DNA of 47,391 bases from a virus (IMGVR_UViG_3300022936_000011:1-47391); one strand, 5' to 3'; shown: positions 17,927 through 28,335, counted from the stretch's first letter. Made by a program: numbers and translations. The notes: generated from the sequence alone by a model not told the origin.

Positions 17927-19926
17927 GTTTTTACAATACGGGCAACCCGGTCCCTTCGATCGACCCTCGCGACCTGGACGATAACGCCAAGCACATCGAC
18001 GAGCTTACGAACAGCACGTTTCCGACGTTCGTTGACCGGCTTGGCGTTACGCGCAGAACCCTGGCCGGTATTGAAGCCGACAACTCTCTACTTACTTCCC
18101 CCGGAGGGGCCGCCCTCGTTGGATTCGGTGAGAGGAATGTCGCGGATGCGCTACTAGGCGCGAAAAACGTAGATGATTTCGGGGCGATTGGCGACGGTGA
18201 CCTTCATCCTCTTCACGAGAAATACGCAACCCTCGCCGCCGCTCAGGTTGACTACCCTTTCGCAACGTCACTTTCTCAGTCTATCGACTGGGCTGCATGG
18301 CAGAAAGTAGGACTTAGCGGGTCAATTATCACCGGTTCGGATAAAGAGTATGTCCTTAGTGATCCCTTGATGCTTCTGCAAAGCAGCATAAGAATGCCCG
18401 GGGGGAAGTCTAGGCTCGTTTTCACAAACACGGGGGACGGGCTATTTTTCCAGCCAACGCTTTTTGCTACCTCTAACCGCGCCAGCGGCTTTGCATTGCT
18501 GAAGAAAGGCGTTAACGGCGGTACAGCAATCCGAACGGCCAACGATCCAGAGCAGTACTACACTCTGAAGAGTCGGTTCGCGTGGGAAGATCTAACTATC
18601 GGCGGGTATACTGCGCTCCCACCTTTGGTTGCAGCGGGGCACGAGCGCGTGGAAAGTTGGGATTGCGCGATTCATCAAATGCAATCCTTCAACACTAAAA
18701 TCTCTGCTGTCGATATTTTTGGTAATTATAATATTTCCCTGGCTGATGCAGGGCAGCAGGTCACAACTGGTTTCCGCTTCGGGGAGACTGGCATGGACGG
18801 CGTGACCGCATCGATCTATGTGAACGGCTGCACCATCGCGTCAACGAGGACGCACGTTGAATTTACAGGCGGCACATTCTGGCACATTGACAATTGCGAC
18901 TTCGCCCACGGGTTTGACGGTATTATTCAAGTCGGATCTCTCGGACCATCCGAAGTAAAAATCACCAATAGCAACCTAAACGTCCAGAGGACGGGCGTTT
19001 ACGCGGAAGGCCCTACGTCAGTTGAGTGGGATATTCTTACTATCCGCCGCCACAATAAGGGCGTTGTCAATGCTGATCACGACTGGAAAGGCATCTACTT
19101 AAACACGGGGAGCAAGGTTAAGACGGGCGGCCTTGAGATACAACCTAGCATCCAGACGGGAGTCGGCAGAACTAGTATCGGCGTACATACGGTCGGCACT
19201 TCTGCGGTATTCGTGGAGAAGGGCACGTTTGGTCTGTTTCTGGATTACGCTATCTTTGCGGATAACTGTGTTCAGCTACAAACCGGCATGTTATCCATGG
19301 CACATGTCCCCAATAGGAATGTGAAGCAGTACGCGTTTGGTCTGGTAAACAATACTCGCAACAGTGTGCTCGGTCCTACGACGTATTCGTCGAGTTACTC
19401 AGGCGGAGATATAGAGATCGACGGCACGATCGGTGCGAGTGCGTTTAAAAACTACGATAGATCGGTAAACCCGGAAGCCTCTACACCAATTTACAAATAT
19501 TACAAGCGCGATGCTCCTGCCGATCAGAAGCGTACGCAGACGGTTACGAGTGCGACCACTTGGAACCTTCAAATCGTATCCGATGATGAAACGGTAACGT
19601 CAAACGCGATCATCGTTACCCGTTCCGGCACAAGCACCGTTTCTACCGATATCCGTGGCCAGCTCATCGCCAACCAGGTAGTGCCGCGAGTTACGTCGGT
19701 TAACTCGCTTGGTACGACGCTCCTACAGTGGTCGGATGTTTTGTCTATAAAAGGGACTTTCTCCGGTCCGGTGAGACCGGGGCAGTACACTCTTGCTACA
19801 CTGCCGTCGGCGGCCGCTTTTAGCGGGTACGAAATCGACGTAACGGACGCCACCGGTGGATCGAAGCGCTGCAGATCCAACGGCTCTGTTTGGCAGATCC
19901 TCAACACAACTACGACGGTGAGCTAA
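17923..19926 (+). CDS. tailspike / receptor-binding protein 1 (beta-helix depolymerase-like)
   Basis: N-terminal anchor YNTGNPVPSIDPRDLDDNA; NVDDFGAIGDG beta-helix start; different codon style in the body. Confidence 0.8.
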   Translation: MSFYNTGNPVPSIDPRDLDDNAKHIDELTNSTFPTFVDRLGVTRRTLAGIEADNSLLTSPGGAALVGFGERNVADALLGAKNVDDFGAIGDGDLHPLHEKYATLAAAQVDYPFATSLSQSIDWAAWQKVGLSGSIITGSDKEYVLSDPLMLLQSSIRMPGGKSRLVFTNTGDGLFFQPTLFATSNRASGFALLKKGVNGGTAIRTANDPEQYYTLKSRFAWEDLTIGGYTALPPLVAAGHERVESWDCAIHQMQSFNTKISAVDIFGNYNISLADAGQQVTTGFRFGETGMDGVTASIYVNGCTIASTRTHVEFTGGTFWHIDNCDFAHGFDGIIQVGSLGPSEVKITNSNLNVQRTGVYAEGPTSVEWDILTIRRHNKGVVNADHDWKGIYLNTGSKVKTGGLEIQPSIQTGVGRTSIGVHTVGTSAVFVEKGTFGLFLDYAIFADNCVQLQTGMLSMAHVPNRNVKQYAFGLVNNTRNSVLGPTTYSSSYSGGDIEIDGTIGASAFKNYDRSVNPEASTPIYKYYKRDAPADQKRTQTVTSATTWNLQIVSDDETVTSNAIIVTRSGTSTVSTDIRGQLIANQVVPRVTSVNSLGTTLLQWSDVLSIKGTFSGPVRPGQYTLATLPSAAAFSGYEIDVTDATGGSKRCRSNGSVWQILNTTTTVS

Positions 19927-20250
19927 ATGGCGACCTTCACGAAAGAAACATCGCTCTATGAAATCCTCATCCGGGTTCGCCCTGATGGCTCGTGGGCAGC
20001 GCAATACCAAACTCTGACGGAGGTCAAGGAAGACGGCGTCGTTTTGAATACAGCAGTGGATAACGTGCTACCCCTGGACACGCAGGACGCTGCGGCTTTC
20101 GGTATCGTAGCCCAGTTGGTCGGGAATTCTGCAGCCAAAAATCTCGTAGAGCACCAGAAGCTCCTCGAGAAATCAGAGAGCGATGCGGGGCAAATCCAAA
20201 AGCTGCTGGAGCAAATCGCGGATCTTCAGTCTAAAGCCGAGGCAGAGTAA
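19927..20250 (+). CDS. small tailspike-associated protein
   Basis: Directly coupled between two tailspike genes; coiled-coil C-terminus. Confidence 0.6.
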   Translation: MATFTKETSLYEILIRVRPDGSWAAQYQTLTEVKEDGVVLNTAVDNVLPLDTQDAAAFGIVAQLVGNSAAKNLVEHQKLLEKSESDAGQIQKLLEQIADLQSKAEAE

Positions 20251-22439
20251 TGGCCAACACGTACCCAACCACGCAGTTCCCGCTAGGCTCGACCGAAGTC
20301 AAGGTGCTGTTCAACAACGCCTCGAACTTCGATGACGCGATGAACTCGGAGCTGCCATCGTTCTACGACCGCTTCAACAGGCGTCGTGAGACGTGGGCCG
20401 GCATGCAGAAGATGGTCGCCGACTTCATCGAGGCTTTCGGGTGGGAGGCTACCCACCTGGTCTACGTGGACGGCACGCCGCTTACCGTGCTGCGCCCTAC
20501 GCAGCTAATCGACCGCGCTGGCTCCGTGTACAAGGTGAAGATGCCGGCGAGCTTCCCTGTGAACCTGACGGGCAACTGGGCAACCGATCAGCTCCTATTG
20601 GTCGACGTGGGCGATGCCTCATTGCGCTCCACTCTGGCTAGCTCTGCCGGCGCCGGTATCGTAGGCTTTGACCCCTCGCTGACCTATCCCCCTGATACTG
20701 TCGGCGCCTTCCTCGCTGCCCAGGCGACGCTAGGCGTGGTCAACGTTCGCGCTTACGGTGCTATACCCGGAGGCGCGCCTGGTGCTAACGGCGTAACCAA
20801 CATCAACGCCCTTAATGCAGCGTTCGCTGTCGCCTCGACCATCGGTGTAGCTACGGGTACGCCTGTCGACGTTCTGCTTCCGCGCAGTAGCCTCGGGCCA
20901 TACGAGTTTGGCGGTCTGCTGACCGGCACGAACAAAGTAATGTGCAAGCCGATGCCCTACGTAAACTTCATCATCCAGGGCCAGATCAAGATCGCTGACG
21001 GACAGAACACCCTGGCCGGTGCGCTCGGGTATCGATTCATTTCTTACGCCGAAGACGCTGATCCAGCGACTGATTACTTCACCGTGCGCGGCTTGCCCGG
21101 CAACTACGTCGACGGCAACGCTGCTGGAAACCTGAACTTGACGATGAAGAGCAATGCGCTCGTCGCGGTTAGCAAGGGCGTAGGCTGCGGCGTGTACGAC
21201 GTGAACTTCAAAAACTGCCCCGGCTACCATGTGATCCAGTGGGGACTGAACACCTTTCCGTTCTCGATCGGCCCGGTCGAAACCATCGGCTGCACGTTCA
21301 CCGACGTGGGTGAAACGATTGCAGGCAACACAGGGATCACCGACCATTCCAGCGTCTACGGCTTCACCAGCATCAAGGGTAAAAATTGCATCGGGCGTAA
21401 CAACGGATTGCCGGCGACGATCTGCTCCATGTTCGAAGCGCACGGTGACCTGTCGGTTATCGACGGGAACGAGTATTACAACTTCCTGAACATGGTAAAC
21501 ATCGGCGGCTATGCGTCCAACGCCGGCCTGATCACCATCAGCAACAACAAATGCGTCCAAGGGCATATGCTCGTGCGCGGGTACACAAACCCGGGCTTCA
21601 CCTTAGCCAATATCCAGATCCTGAACAACCAACTGGTGACCGGCGTCGGCAAATTTGCGATGGTTGACTTCGGCGTGGCCACCTTGGCCGCAACGGTTGA
21701 TCGCGTCGACATGATCGGTAACCAACTTGAGTTCAATGGCGTCGACCATGGCGTTGGATACCCTCCGGCCGCTTGGATCGCCAACGTGAAGAACTTCCGC
21801 GCACTAGGCAACCGGATCACCGGCGTACTCGGCCCGGCGTACACGTTTGGTAATTGCCCGAATGATGCCAACTGGGTGATCGACGGCGACACGATCGAGA
21901 ACGCCAATAGCTCTGCTTACGCGAACTCCTACGCCGCAATTTTCTTGGAGAACGTCGTCGGCCGCTTCGATCTTATGGAAGTGAAGAACACAGTGTTTAC
22001 CGGAGGCAAGACGTACGCCCTTGCGACTACTGCCTTCGCCGCGATCCAGGGTGACGTGGTGTCGTTCAAAGGCAACACAGTTAACGATCTGCCGAACTTG
22101 ATCAATGTCGAAGGGACAACTTCGATTACTCGTGTCGACCTGATGCACCACGGGCGTTCGCCTGACGTGGCCTTCGAGGTGGGCAACCAGTGGACGAAGA
22201 TTAGCGTCGGGTCGGAATGGATCTGCGGCGATGTCGGCCACGTAATGCGCAAGACTGTTGCGGGCTCTACCTATTGGAACAAGTTCGGGTACGGCTCGAA
22301 CGCTCCGGCCACGGGCTCACACCAGCGCGGCGACAGGTGGACGAACACATTGCCGTCCGCTGCTGGGTTTGCGGATTTCATTTGCATAACCGCAGGAACT
22401 CCAGGCACCTGGAAAACTGCTAACCCGATTTCCGCCTGA
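20250..22439 (+). CDS. tailspike / receptor-binding protein 2 (beta-helix depolymerase-like)
   Basis: Related N-terminal anchor (NASNFD...DRF..RR.TWAG), VNVRAYGA, Asn/Gly-rich repeats, C-terminal AGTPGTWK. Confidence 0.8.
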   Translation: MANTYPTTQFPLGSTEVKVLFNNASNFDDAMNSELPSFYDRFNRRRETWAGMQKMVADFIEAFGWEATHLVYVDGTPLTVLRPTQLIDRAGSVYKVKMPASFPVNLTGNWATDQLLLVDVGDASLRSTLASSAGAGIVGFDPSLTYPPDTVGAFLAAQATLGVVNVRAYGAIPGGAPGANGVTNINALNAAFAVASTIGVATGTPVDVLLPRSSLGPYEFGGLLTGTNKVMCKPMPYVNFIIQGQIKIADGQNTLAGALGYRFISYAEDADPATDYFTVRGLPGNYVDGNAAGNLNLTMKSNALVAVSKGVGCGVYDVNFKNCPGYHVIQWGLNTFPFSIGPVETIGCTFTDVGETIAGNTGITDHSSVYGFTSIKGKNCIGRNNGLPATICSMFEAHGDLSVIDGNEYYNFLNMVNIGGYASNAGLITISNNKCVQGHMLVRGYTNPGFTLANIQILNNQLVTGVGKFAMVDFGVATLAATVDRVDMIGNQLEFNGVDHGVGYPPAAWIANVKNFRALGNRITGVLGPAYTFGNCPNDANWVIDGDTIENANSSAYANSYAAIFLENVVGRFDLMEVKNTVFTGGKTYALATTAFAAIQGDVVSFKGNTVNDLPNLINVEGTTSITRVDLMHHGRSPDVAFEVGNQWTKISVGSEWICGDVGHVMRKTVAGSTYWNKFGYGSNAPATGSHQRGDRWTNTLPSAAGFADFICITAGTPGTWKTANPISA

Positions 22440-22933
22440 TGAGTCAGATCCTAGCGGAAGTAAACGCCGGGGCTAACGAGCGTCTTGATGCGATTATCAG
22501 GACGCTTGAACTGACGTGCGCTGCATGGGCAGAGCCTGTCTTCATCTGCAATGGGTTCGATGACGTGACGGCCGAAACGGAGGACGGCCGTACAGTGACC
22601 TTCATCGCCGCGAATATCGATATCGCCCTGGCCGCAAAGAACAACAAAGGGAACCAGACTTTGGCCTTCGCCGTGGATAACACCACCGGCGAAGTGTCCA
22701 AGAAGGTCGACTTGGCGATCGAGGCGAATGCTCGCGTTACTGCCGTCTACCGAACCTACCTGAACACGAACCTCTCTGCGCCTGCTGAAAAGCCTTACGT
22801 CTTGACGGTGCTCGGCGGTACGCTGCAGGGGCAGGAAGCCCGGCTCGAGACGGGCTACTTCAACATGATCGGTGTCGCTTGGCCACGGGCGTTGTACACT
22901 GTGAACTACGCTCCTGCGCTCAGGTACATCTGA
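22439..22933 (+). CDS. tail tip protein (DUF1833-like)
   Basis: IRTLEL, GNQTLAFAVDN, YRTYL, WPRALYT...PAL. Confidence 0.8.
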   Translation: MSQILAEVNAGANERLDAIIRTLELTCAAWAEPVFICNGFDDVTAETEDGRTVTFIAANIDIALAAKNNKGNQTLAFAVDNTTGEVSKKVDLAIEANARVTAVYRTYLNTNLSAPAEKPYVLTVLGGTLQGQEARLETGYFNMIGVAWPRALYTVNYAPALRYI

Positions 22934-23328
22934 TGGAATTTGTGAATAAGTATCTCGGTTGCTCCTATGAGGATGGCGCCCGCGGGCCCGACAAACACGA
23001 CTGCTGGTCGTTAGTCAGGACTGTGCGACATTTTGAGCTTGGGCTCCGGCTTCTTCCGGAGTACGGCAGTCTGCGTAATACCGATCCTCGAGAGTTCACC
23101 CGGGCCTACGAGGAAGAGTCTTCCTGCATGGAGCGTTGCGAACCCGAGCATGGTGCTATCGCGGCGGTAATGATCGGACGCATCTGTACGCACGTAGCCC
23201 TGGTCATTGAATCCGCAGACGGCTTGCGCATTCTGGAGATCAACCCGGCGCGCGGCCCCCGCTGCATGCCGCTGCACAAGTGGCTGCGCGACCACTCTAC
23301 TGTGACCTTTCACCGAGATCGCCCATGA
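22933..23328 (+). CDS. NlpC/P60 tail assembly protein
   Basis: GARGPDKHDCWSLV and HVALV catalytic Cys/His motifs. Confidence 0.85.
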   Translation: MEFVNKYLGCSYEDGARGPDKHDCWSLVRTVRHFELGLRLLPEYGSLRNTDPREFTRAYEEESSCMERCEPEHGAIAAVMIGRICTHVALVIESADGLRILEINPARGPRCMPLHKWLRDHSTVTFHRDRP

Positions 23329-26054
23329 TCGAGATTTATGCGAGCCGCCTTTCGGACGAAGGGAAGGAAACCTATAAGATCCGCAAGCCGCAAATGGTCG
23401 CGGAGTGGCTGTACCGGCACGGCATCTCGAAACGCACGCCACTGGATAAGCTAGCGATAAGCCTGTACGTGAACGACGAAAGGCTCCTGCCTCGCCAGTG
23501 GCTGAACACGTTGATCACCGCAGAAGACCGCGTAGAGATTTACCGGGAACCGAAAGGTACGGACCCATTCTCGATTACCTTCGCTTTGGTCGCTGGCGCT
23601 AAGGCGGTGCTCGGCCTGCTGATGCCTAAACTGCCGGGGCTAAATCAGCAGTCGAGCCAACAAGGCAAAGCTCTCGACCAGTCGAGTAGTAAAGGCAATA
23701 AAGTAAAAATCAACGACGTGCGCCCTGAGCTGTTCGGCTATAACCCGCAGCGCTATCCAGACTACTTGGTACCGCCGCGTAGCTATTTCGCCGCGCCTCG
23801 CGAGATCCGCACTGAGATGTGCCTGGCCGTAGGGCAGGGCTCCTACCTGATCAACCCGAACGAAGTGAAGACCGGTGAAACACCGTTATTGAACCTCGGC
23901 GCAGACGGGTCGTTCTTCATCTATCCTCCAGGTGCGGACCTATCCGCTAACCCGGCGCATTACTTTTGGTACACAGCGCCAGAAGTGGGGGCGAGTAACA
24001 CAGGGGCCTCCGGTCTCGAGCTTACGGTAAGCACTGGCGGTCTGACTTCTAACGTCACAGCTTCCGTCATGAACTTCGCTGGGGACACCGTAACGCTTCC
24101 CGGCGGTGCCGGTACGTTCCCTGCAGACTGGACTGTAGGGCTGATCGTTAACCCTGCAGCGCCGTACAACTTCACCGTCGCAGACGGGACAGGCACGGGC
24201 GGCCGCGATGTGATCTCCGGACCTATCGCCCAGTTCAACTTCATCGCCGGTGATCAGATCCAGATCACTGGGCAGAACCAAGGTTTCTACACTGTCTTCG
24301 CGGTGACGCCTACAACGCTGCAGCTTGATTACGAAGGGGGCGCCCCGGGTACGGGCTTGGTCATCGGCCCGGTCGTTATGGCCATGTCCTACCGCGGCTT
24401 CCAGTTCCGCATTCTGGCAATCTCCACCTCGACTATGCAGGTAAAGCGGCTGCGTGCCGACGGCTCAGACGACAACTCTTGGCCGGGGTGGGACACGCTA
24501 TCGTCTAACGTGGCGCAGCTCCTACTGGACAGTTCGAACCTCGTCAGCGGATACCGCGGCCCTTTCCCCGCATGCCCTGTCGGCCAGAAGATCGTGGCTA
24601 TCGAAGTGGATATCTTCTACCCGAGCGGGATCGTGTTCCTGGACGCGAAGGGCAATTATGGAATGTTGACTGCGTACCAGTCGTGGGAGTACCGCGACAT
24701 GGCACTGGGCGGCGCGTGGATCGCTACTACGGTCCAGGCCACTGACAATACGCTCGACGCCCAGGGTTATACGTACCGAATCGATCTGCCGTACCCAATG
24801 CGTCCCGAAGTGCGCATGAAGAAGATCTTCGTCAACCAAGGGAGCGGCGACCCTGACAAGGAGCAGAACGACACGATGATGTGGAAGGCGCTTAAGGGCC
24901 TGATGTTCTACTCTTCGCCTACGTCTTACCCTGGCATGACAGTCTTGACCTGCGACATCCGCGGCGGCGATCGAATCTCCTCGCAAAGCGAAAGCCTGAT
25001 CAACCTGTCATGCACCCGCATCCTGCCGGTACTGCGTAACGGCGCGTGGCAGGCTCCTCAGCCGACCCGGGAGATCTCCGCAGCTATCGGGCACATCATC
25101 CGCAACGTTGGGTATAACGACGTTACCGACATCGACCTGGCCGAGCTGGACCGTCTTGAGTCGACTCGCTGGACGCCGCGCGGCGATACGTACGACCGGA
25201 TCGTGAACGACTCGAAGACTGTCAAGTCGAACTTGATCGATGCTTTACAGGCCGGCTTCTCCGAACTGACGATTGATCGGGGTCTGCTGGTGCCAGTGCG
25301 CGACGAGCCGCGTGGTCCTGCGTTCGACCACGTTTACAACCCTCACATCATGCTCGAGCCTTTGGCCGATAACTTCGTGATGCCCGATCAGCCGGACGAC
25401 TTCGACGGCGTGGACGTCGAGTATTACGATCACATCACCCGGCAAGATGAAACCGTAGAATGCAGACTGCCTGGAGACGCAGGCGAACGCGTAGAAAAGA
25501 TCCGCGTTGACGGCGTGGGCGTTCGGTACAAAGCGTGGCGCATTGGCATGCGTCGCCGCCGCGGTCATATCTATCGCCAGCGGCAGTACAGCTTCAAGAC
25601 TGAGCTTGACGCGTTGAACAGTGCGTATTTCGATTACGTGGCGCTCGGCGTTGCGACACCTGGATACGGGCAGAGCGCGGAAGTCGTAGACTTCTCGCCG
25701 TCGGATTACATACCCGGGAATCCTATCACCCTGGAAGTTTCGCAACCGCTCGATTGGTCTCAGCCAGGTGCGCATAAGGTCGTGGTTCGCCGCTTGGACG
25801 GCAGCGCCGCAGGCCCATACTTCGCCACGATGGTCGACGACTACACGTTTACCCTCCCGACCCTAGACTTCGTGCCGAACGTGTCGGGCAACATCGACAC
25901 ACCGCCGATCATCCAGTTCGGGCACGAATCGACGTGGGCCTTCCCCGCATTGATTACGGATGTGTCACCAAGCGGAACGCGAACCTGCAGCGTGAAAGCG
26001 GTTAACTACGATCCAAGGATGTACCTCAGCGACGACGCGTTCCCGCCGAGTTAA
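23325..26054 (+). CDS. tail tip / host specificity protein (J-like)
   Basis: Large terminal tail gene; PELFG..RYPDY, ADNF..PDDFDGVDVEY, AVNYDPRMY. Confidence 0.85.
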   Translation: MIEIYASRLSDEGKETYKIRKPQMVAEWLYRHGISKRTPLDKLAISLYVNDERLLPRQWLNTLITAEDRVEIYREPKGTDPFSITFALVAGAKAVLGLLMPKLPGLNQQSSQQGKALDQSSSKGNKVKINDVRPELFGYNPQRYPDYLVPPRSYFAAPREIRTEMCLAVGQGSYLINPNEVKTGETPLLNLGADGSFFIYPPGADLSANPAHYFWYTAPEVGASNTGASGLELTVSTGGLTSNVTASVMNFAGDTVTLPGGAGTFPADWTVGLIVNPAAPYNFTVADGTGTGGRDVISGPIAQFNFIAGDQIQITGQNQGFYTVFAVTPTTLQLDYEGGAPGTGLVIGPVVMAMSYRGFQFRILAISTSTMQVKRLRADGSDDNSWPGWDTLSSNVAQLLLDSSNLVSGYRGPFPACPVGQKIVAIEVDIFYPSGIVFLDAKGNYGMLTAYQSWEYRDMALGGAWIATTVQATDNTLDAQGYTYRIDLPYPMRPEVRMKKIFVNQGSGDPDKEQNDTMMWKALKGLMFYSSPTSYPGMTVLTCDIRGGDRISSQSESLINLSCTRILPVLRNGAWQAPQPTREISAAIGHIIRNVGYNDVTDIDLAELDRLESTRWTPRGDTYDRIVNDSKTVKSNLIDALQAGFSELTIDRGLLVPVRDEPRGPAFDHVYNPHIMLEPLADNFVMPDQPDDFDGVDVEYYDHITRQDETVECRLPGDAGERVEKIRVDGVGVRYKAWRIGMRRRRGHIYRQRQYSFKTELDALNSAYFDYVALGVATPGYGQSAEVVDFSPSDYIPGNPITLEVSQPLDWSQPGAHKVVVRRLDGSAAGPYFATMVDDYTFTLPTLDFVPNVSGNIDTPPIIQFGHESTWAFPALITDVSPSGTRTCSVKAVNYDPRMYLSDDAFPPS

Positions 26055-26095
26055 TTGTGCGTGGTATCATGGCCGAAACACATAGGGGTTAGGCC

Positions 26096-26479
26096 ATGCG
26101 GGATCAGTGCGAGACTTACGCATACCTTTGGGTTTGTGCTTTGCTAGCCGGGATGAATGGTTACGCCGCCGCCGGCGCCGCGATAGGTTGTTGCTTCTAC
26201 CTGGCCGCGCCCCGGGCCACATCCTTTAGGGAACGATTCATGCTTACCGTGTTCTCATGGGGTATGGCTTACGGCGGCGGTGTCTATTTCTATGGTGGAG
26301 GGCCGCCATACGATGAAAAAGCGTTGTTCGTATCAGGGGCCATTGGTGCGCTTATCGCGGTCGTATTTACCGCTCTAGGCTATATGGTAGAGAAAGATGG
26401 CCCAGTGCCAGAGTGGATTAAGACAATCATCGGTCTCATTCCATTTTTCAAAAGCCGGGGTGGCAACGATGGAGCTTAA
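26096..26479 (+). CDS. putative holin/antiholin
   Basis: Several hydrophobic segments; first gene of lysis cassette. Confidence 0.65.
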   Translation: MRDQCETYAYLWVCALLAGMNGYAAAGAAIGCCFYLAAPRATSFRERFMLTVFSWGMAYGGGVYFYGGGPPYDEKALFVSGAIGALIAVVFTALGYMVEKDGPVPEWIKTIIGLIPFFKSRGGNDGA

Positions 26480-26774
26480 CGTGATTCTGCTTTGGGTAGA
26501 GTGCGTCATCCATTTCGCAACCTTCCTGATTCTTTTCGTATACAACGGTTCCCACTCCCGACAACGCTGGGGCGTCTCTATGCTGGCCGTAGGGCTCGCC
26601 GCAGCTAACGTCGGACTCTTCACACTCATCCTCTTCCACATAGTAAAGCCCGGTCCGGCCATGGTTCATGGCTTGCTGATCATAGCCTTCGGCTGCGTGT
26701 TAGGTTTGTTGGTTAGGGCGAAGGGGAACGTGGCGAAGATGATCCCGCCGATTAATCCGAGGTTATTCCTATAA
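26469..26774 (+). CDS. putative holin (3 TM)
   Basis: Three TM segments and C-terminal RAKGNVAK, directly upstream of endolysin. Confidence 0.75.
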   Translation: MELNVILLWVECVIHFATFLILFVYNGSHSRQRWGVSMLAVGLAAANVGLFTLILFHIVKPGPAMVHGLLIIAFGCVLGLLVRAKGNVAKMIPPINPRLFL

Positions 26775-27304
26775 TGGACGCTGCCGAACTGATGTTGGTT
26801 ATGAACATCCCTCTAGCCCGCGCTCAGAAGTGGGCCGCAGCGCTTACCCTGGCGATGGAAGGCGGCAAGATCAATACCAGACTGCGCATTGCCGCCTTCC
26901 TCGCTCAGATCGGCCACGAGAGCGGATCCTTGGTCTATTCGAAAGAGCTGGGCGGGCCGAGCTACTTCGCCAAGTACGACGGGCGTAAAGATCTCGGCAA
27001 CACGCAACTAGGTGACGGCGCTAAGTTCTGCGGCCGCGGGCTTATTCAGGTAACCGGCCGGGCGAACTACGGTCGCGCCAGTCAAGCTCTGTTTGGTGAC
27101 GATCGTCTGTTGAAGACGCCTGAGCTTTTGGAGCAACCGGAGTGGGCCTCGAAGTCCGCCGTCTGGTACTGGACGACGCGCAACCTGAACGCACTGGCAG
27201 ATGCCGACCGGTTTACCGACATCACCCGGGCGATCAATGGCGGAACCAATGGGCTCGAAGATAGGAAGGCGCGGTACAAGTACGCGCTGACGGTGCTCAA
27301 TTGA
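26774..27304 (+). CDS. glycoside hydrolase family 19 endolysin
   Basis: AAFLAQIGHES, GRGLIQVTGRANY, INGGTNGLEDR. Confidence 0.93.
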   Translation: MDAAELMLVMNIPLARAQKWAAALTLAMEGGKINTRLRIAAFLAQIGHESGSLVYSKELGGPSYFAKYDGRKDLGNTQLGDGAKFCGRGLIQVTGRANYGRASQALFGDDRLLKTPELLEQPEWASKSAVWYWTTRNLNALADADRFTDITRAINGGTNGLEDRKARYKYALTVLN

Positions 27305-27759
27305 TGCAGGGATACGGCTACGTCGCTGCGTTCCTGATCGGCGCTGCCGGCTCGTGGTACGTCCAGGGTTTGCGATGGGATAACGACGTGCAGGCCGCCG
27401 ACTTGGTAACCGCTGCCGCGATCAGCGCGAACGTGGACGCAGTGAACCAACAACTAATCGCGTCACGCGCACAGACGGAAGCCATACGGGCGACGTTCAT
27501 CGAGTACAAGGCGGGTAAAGAAAATGAGACGAGCGCTATTGAGCGGGCTGTTGCTGATGGCACTAAGCGGTTGCGTGTCAGAGCCAGTTGTCCAGCAGTG
27601 CCCGCCGCTGGAGCCGTTCCCGGCAGAGCTATCAGCGGAACCGCAATACTTGATGCCGCTTCTGGACAAGATTATTTCGCCTTACGAAGAGCCTACGACC
27701 GGCAGTTCGGGGAATACCAGTTCTGCCGGTCGGAATTGAGGAAGCGTTCAGCGAGGTAG
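27304..27759 (+). CDS. Rz: i-spanin (Rz)
   Basis: N-terminal TM, coiled coil, GTKRLRVRASCP. Confidence 0.85.
   Translation: MQGYGYVAAFLIGAAGSWYVQGLRWDNDVQAADLVTAAAISANVDAVNQQLIASRAQTEAIRATFIEYKAGKENETSAIERAVADGTKRLRVRASCPAVPAAGAVPGRAISGTAILDAASGQDYFALRRAYDRQFGEYQFCRSELRKRSAR
27524..27739 (+). CDS. Rz1: o-spanin (Rz1) embedded in Rz
   Basis: Lipobox LSGC and Pro-rich mature region, in +1 frame inside Rz. Confidence 0.85.
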   Translation: MRRALLSGLLLMALSGCVSEPVVQQCPPLEPFPAELSAEPQYLMPLLDKIISPYEEPTTGSSGNTSSAGRN

Positions 27760-28005
27760 TCGATACTTTTTGTACTCGGTATCCCCGTTATCAATATGCA
27801 CGAGGGTGCCCATTACGCCGGTTACGAATTTCCCTTTCGGAAGGAATATACGTTCGAAATTCCCGTGCCATTCCGCGATACTCGGGTCGCAGGCTGAGCA
27901 CAATTTTCGGCCCTGACATGGATTCCCATCTTCTTCGCGAAACCAATAGCCGCTAGTTGCCGTATTCTCCCTGCAACCGCATTCCTCGCATTGGAAAAGG
28001 CTCAT
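27748..28005 (-). CDS. Cys-rich hypothetical protein
   Basis: MSLFQCEECGCRENTA...LCSAC. Confidence 0.6.
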   Translation of the reverse strand: MSLFQCEECGCRENTATSGYWFREEDGNPCQGRKLCSACDPSIAEWHGNFERIFLPKGKFVTGVMGTLVHIDNGDTEYKKYRLPR

Positions 28006-28196
28006 AGTACCTCCACCATGCGCCCTTTCAGAACTGCCGAAGAACACATCTCCTCCAACATTGAGGAAGCGTGTTCTTCAGAAATTGCGTGTAGGTAGCC
28101 CGCAAATACTCCTTCCAATGTTCGGTATTCGAAAGTAAATAGATGCCAAATTCTGCCGGCGACTTCACAGGTAATCGGTAATTTTACTTCACTCAC
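28002..28196 (-). CDS. hypothetical protein
   Basis: GTG start after GAGGAG, overlapping neighbours. Confidence 0.55.
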   Translation of the reverse strand: MSEVKLPITCEVAGRIWHLFTFEYRTLEGVFAGYLHAISEEHASSMLEEMCSSAVLKGRMVEVL

Positions 28197-28335
28197 AGTA
28201 ATACTCCTCTTCCTCAGTTGCATTTTGCGCAGCGGCTGTCGCCTGGCAGATAACCTGGGCGTCCTGCGTGAAGTACGCGGCCACTGGCACCGGGCCGAAT
28301 GGGGTGAACATGTAGAGCATGGCTAGGATTTTCAT
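28189..28335 (-). CDS. 48-aa hypothetical protein (not in ORF track)
   Basis: Hand translation MKILAMLYMFTPFGPVPVAAYF...EEEEYYCE fills the gap. Confidence 0.5.
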   Translation of the reverse strand: MKILAMLYMFTPFGPVPVAAYFTQDAQVICQATAAAQNATEEEEYYCE

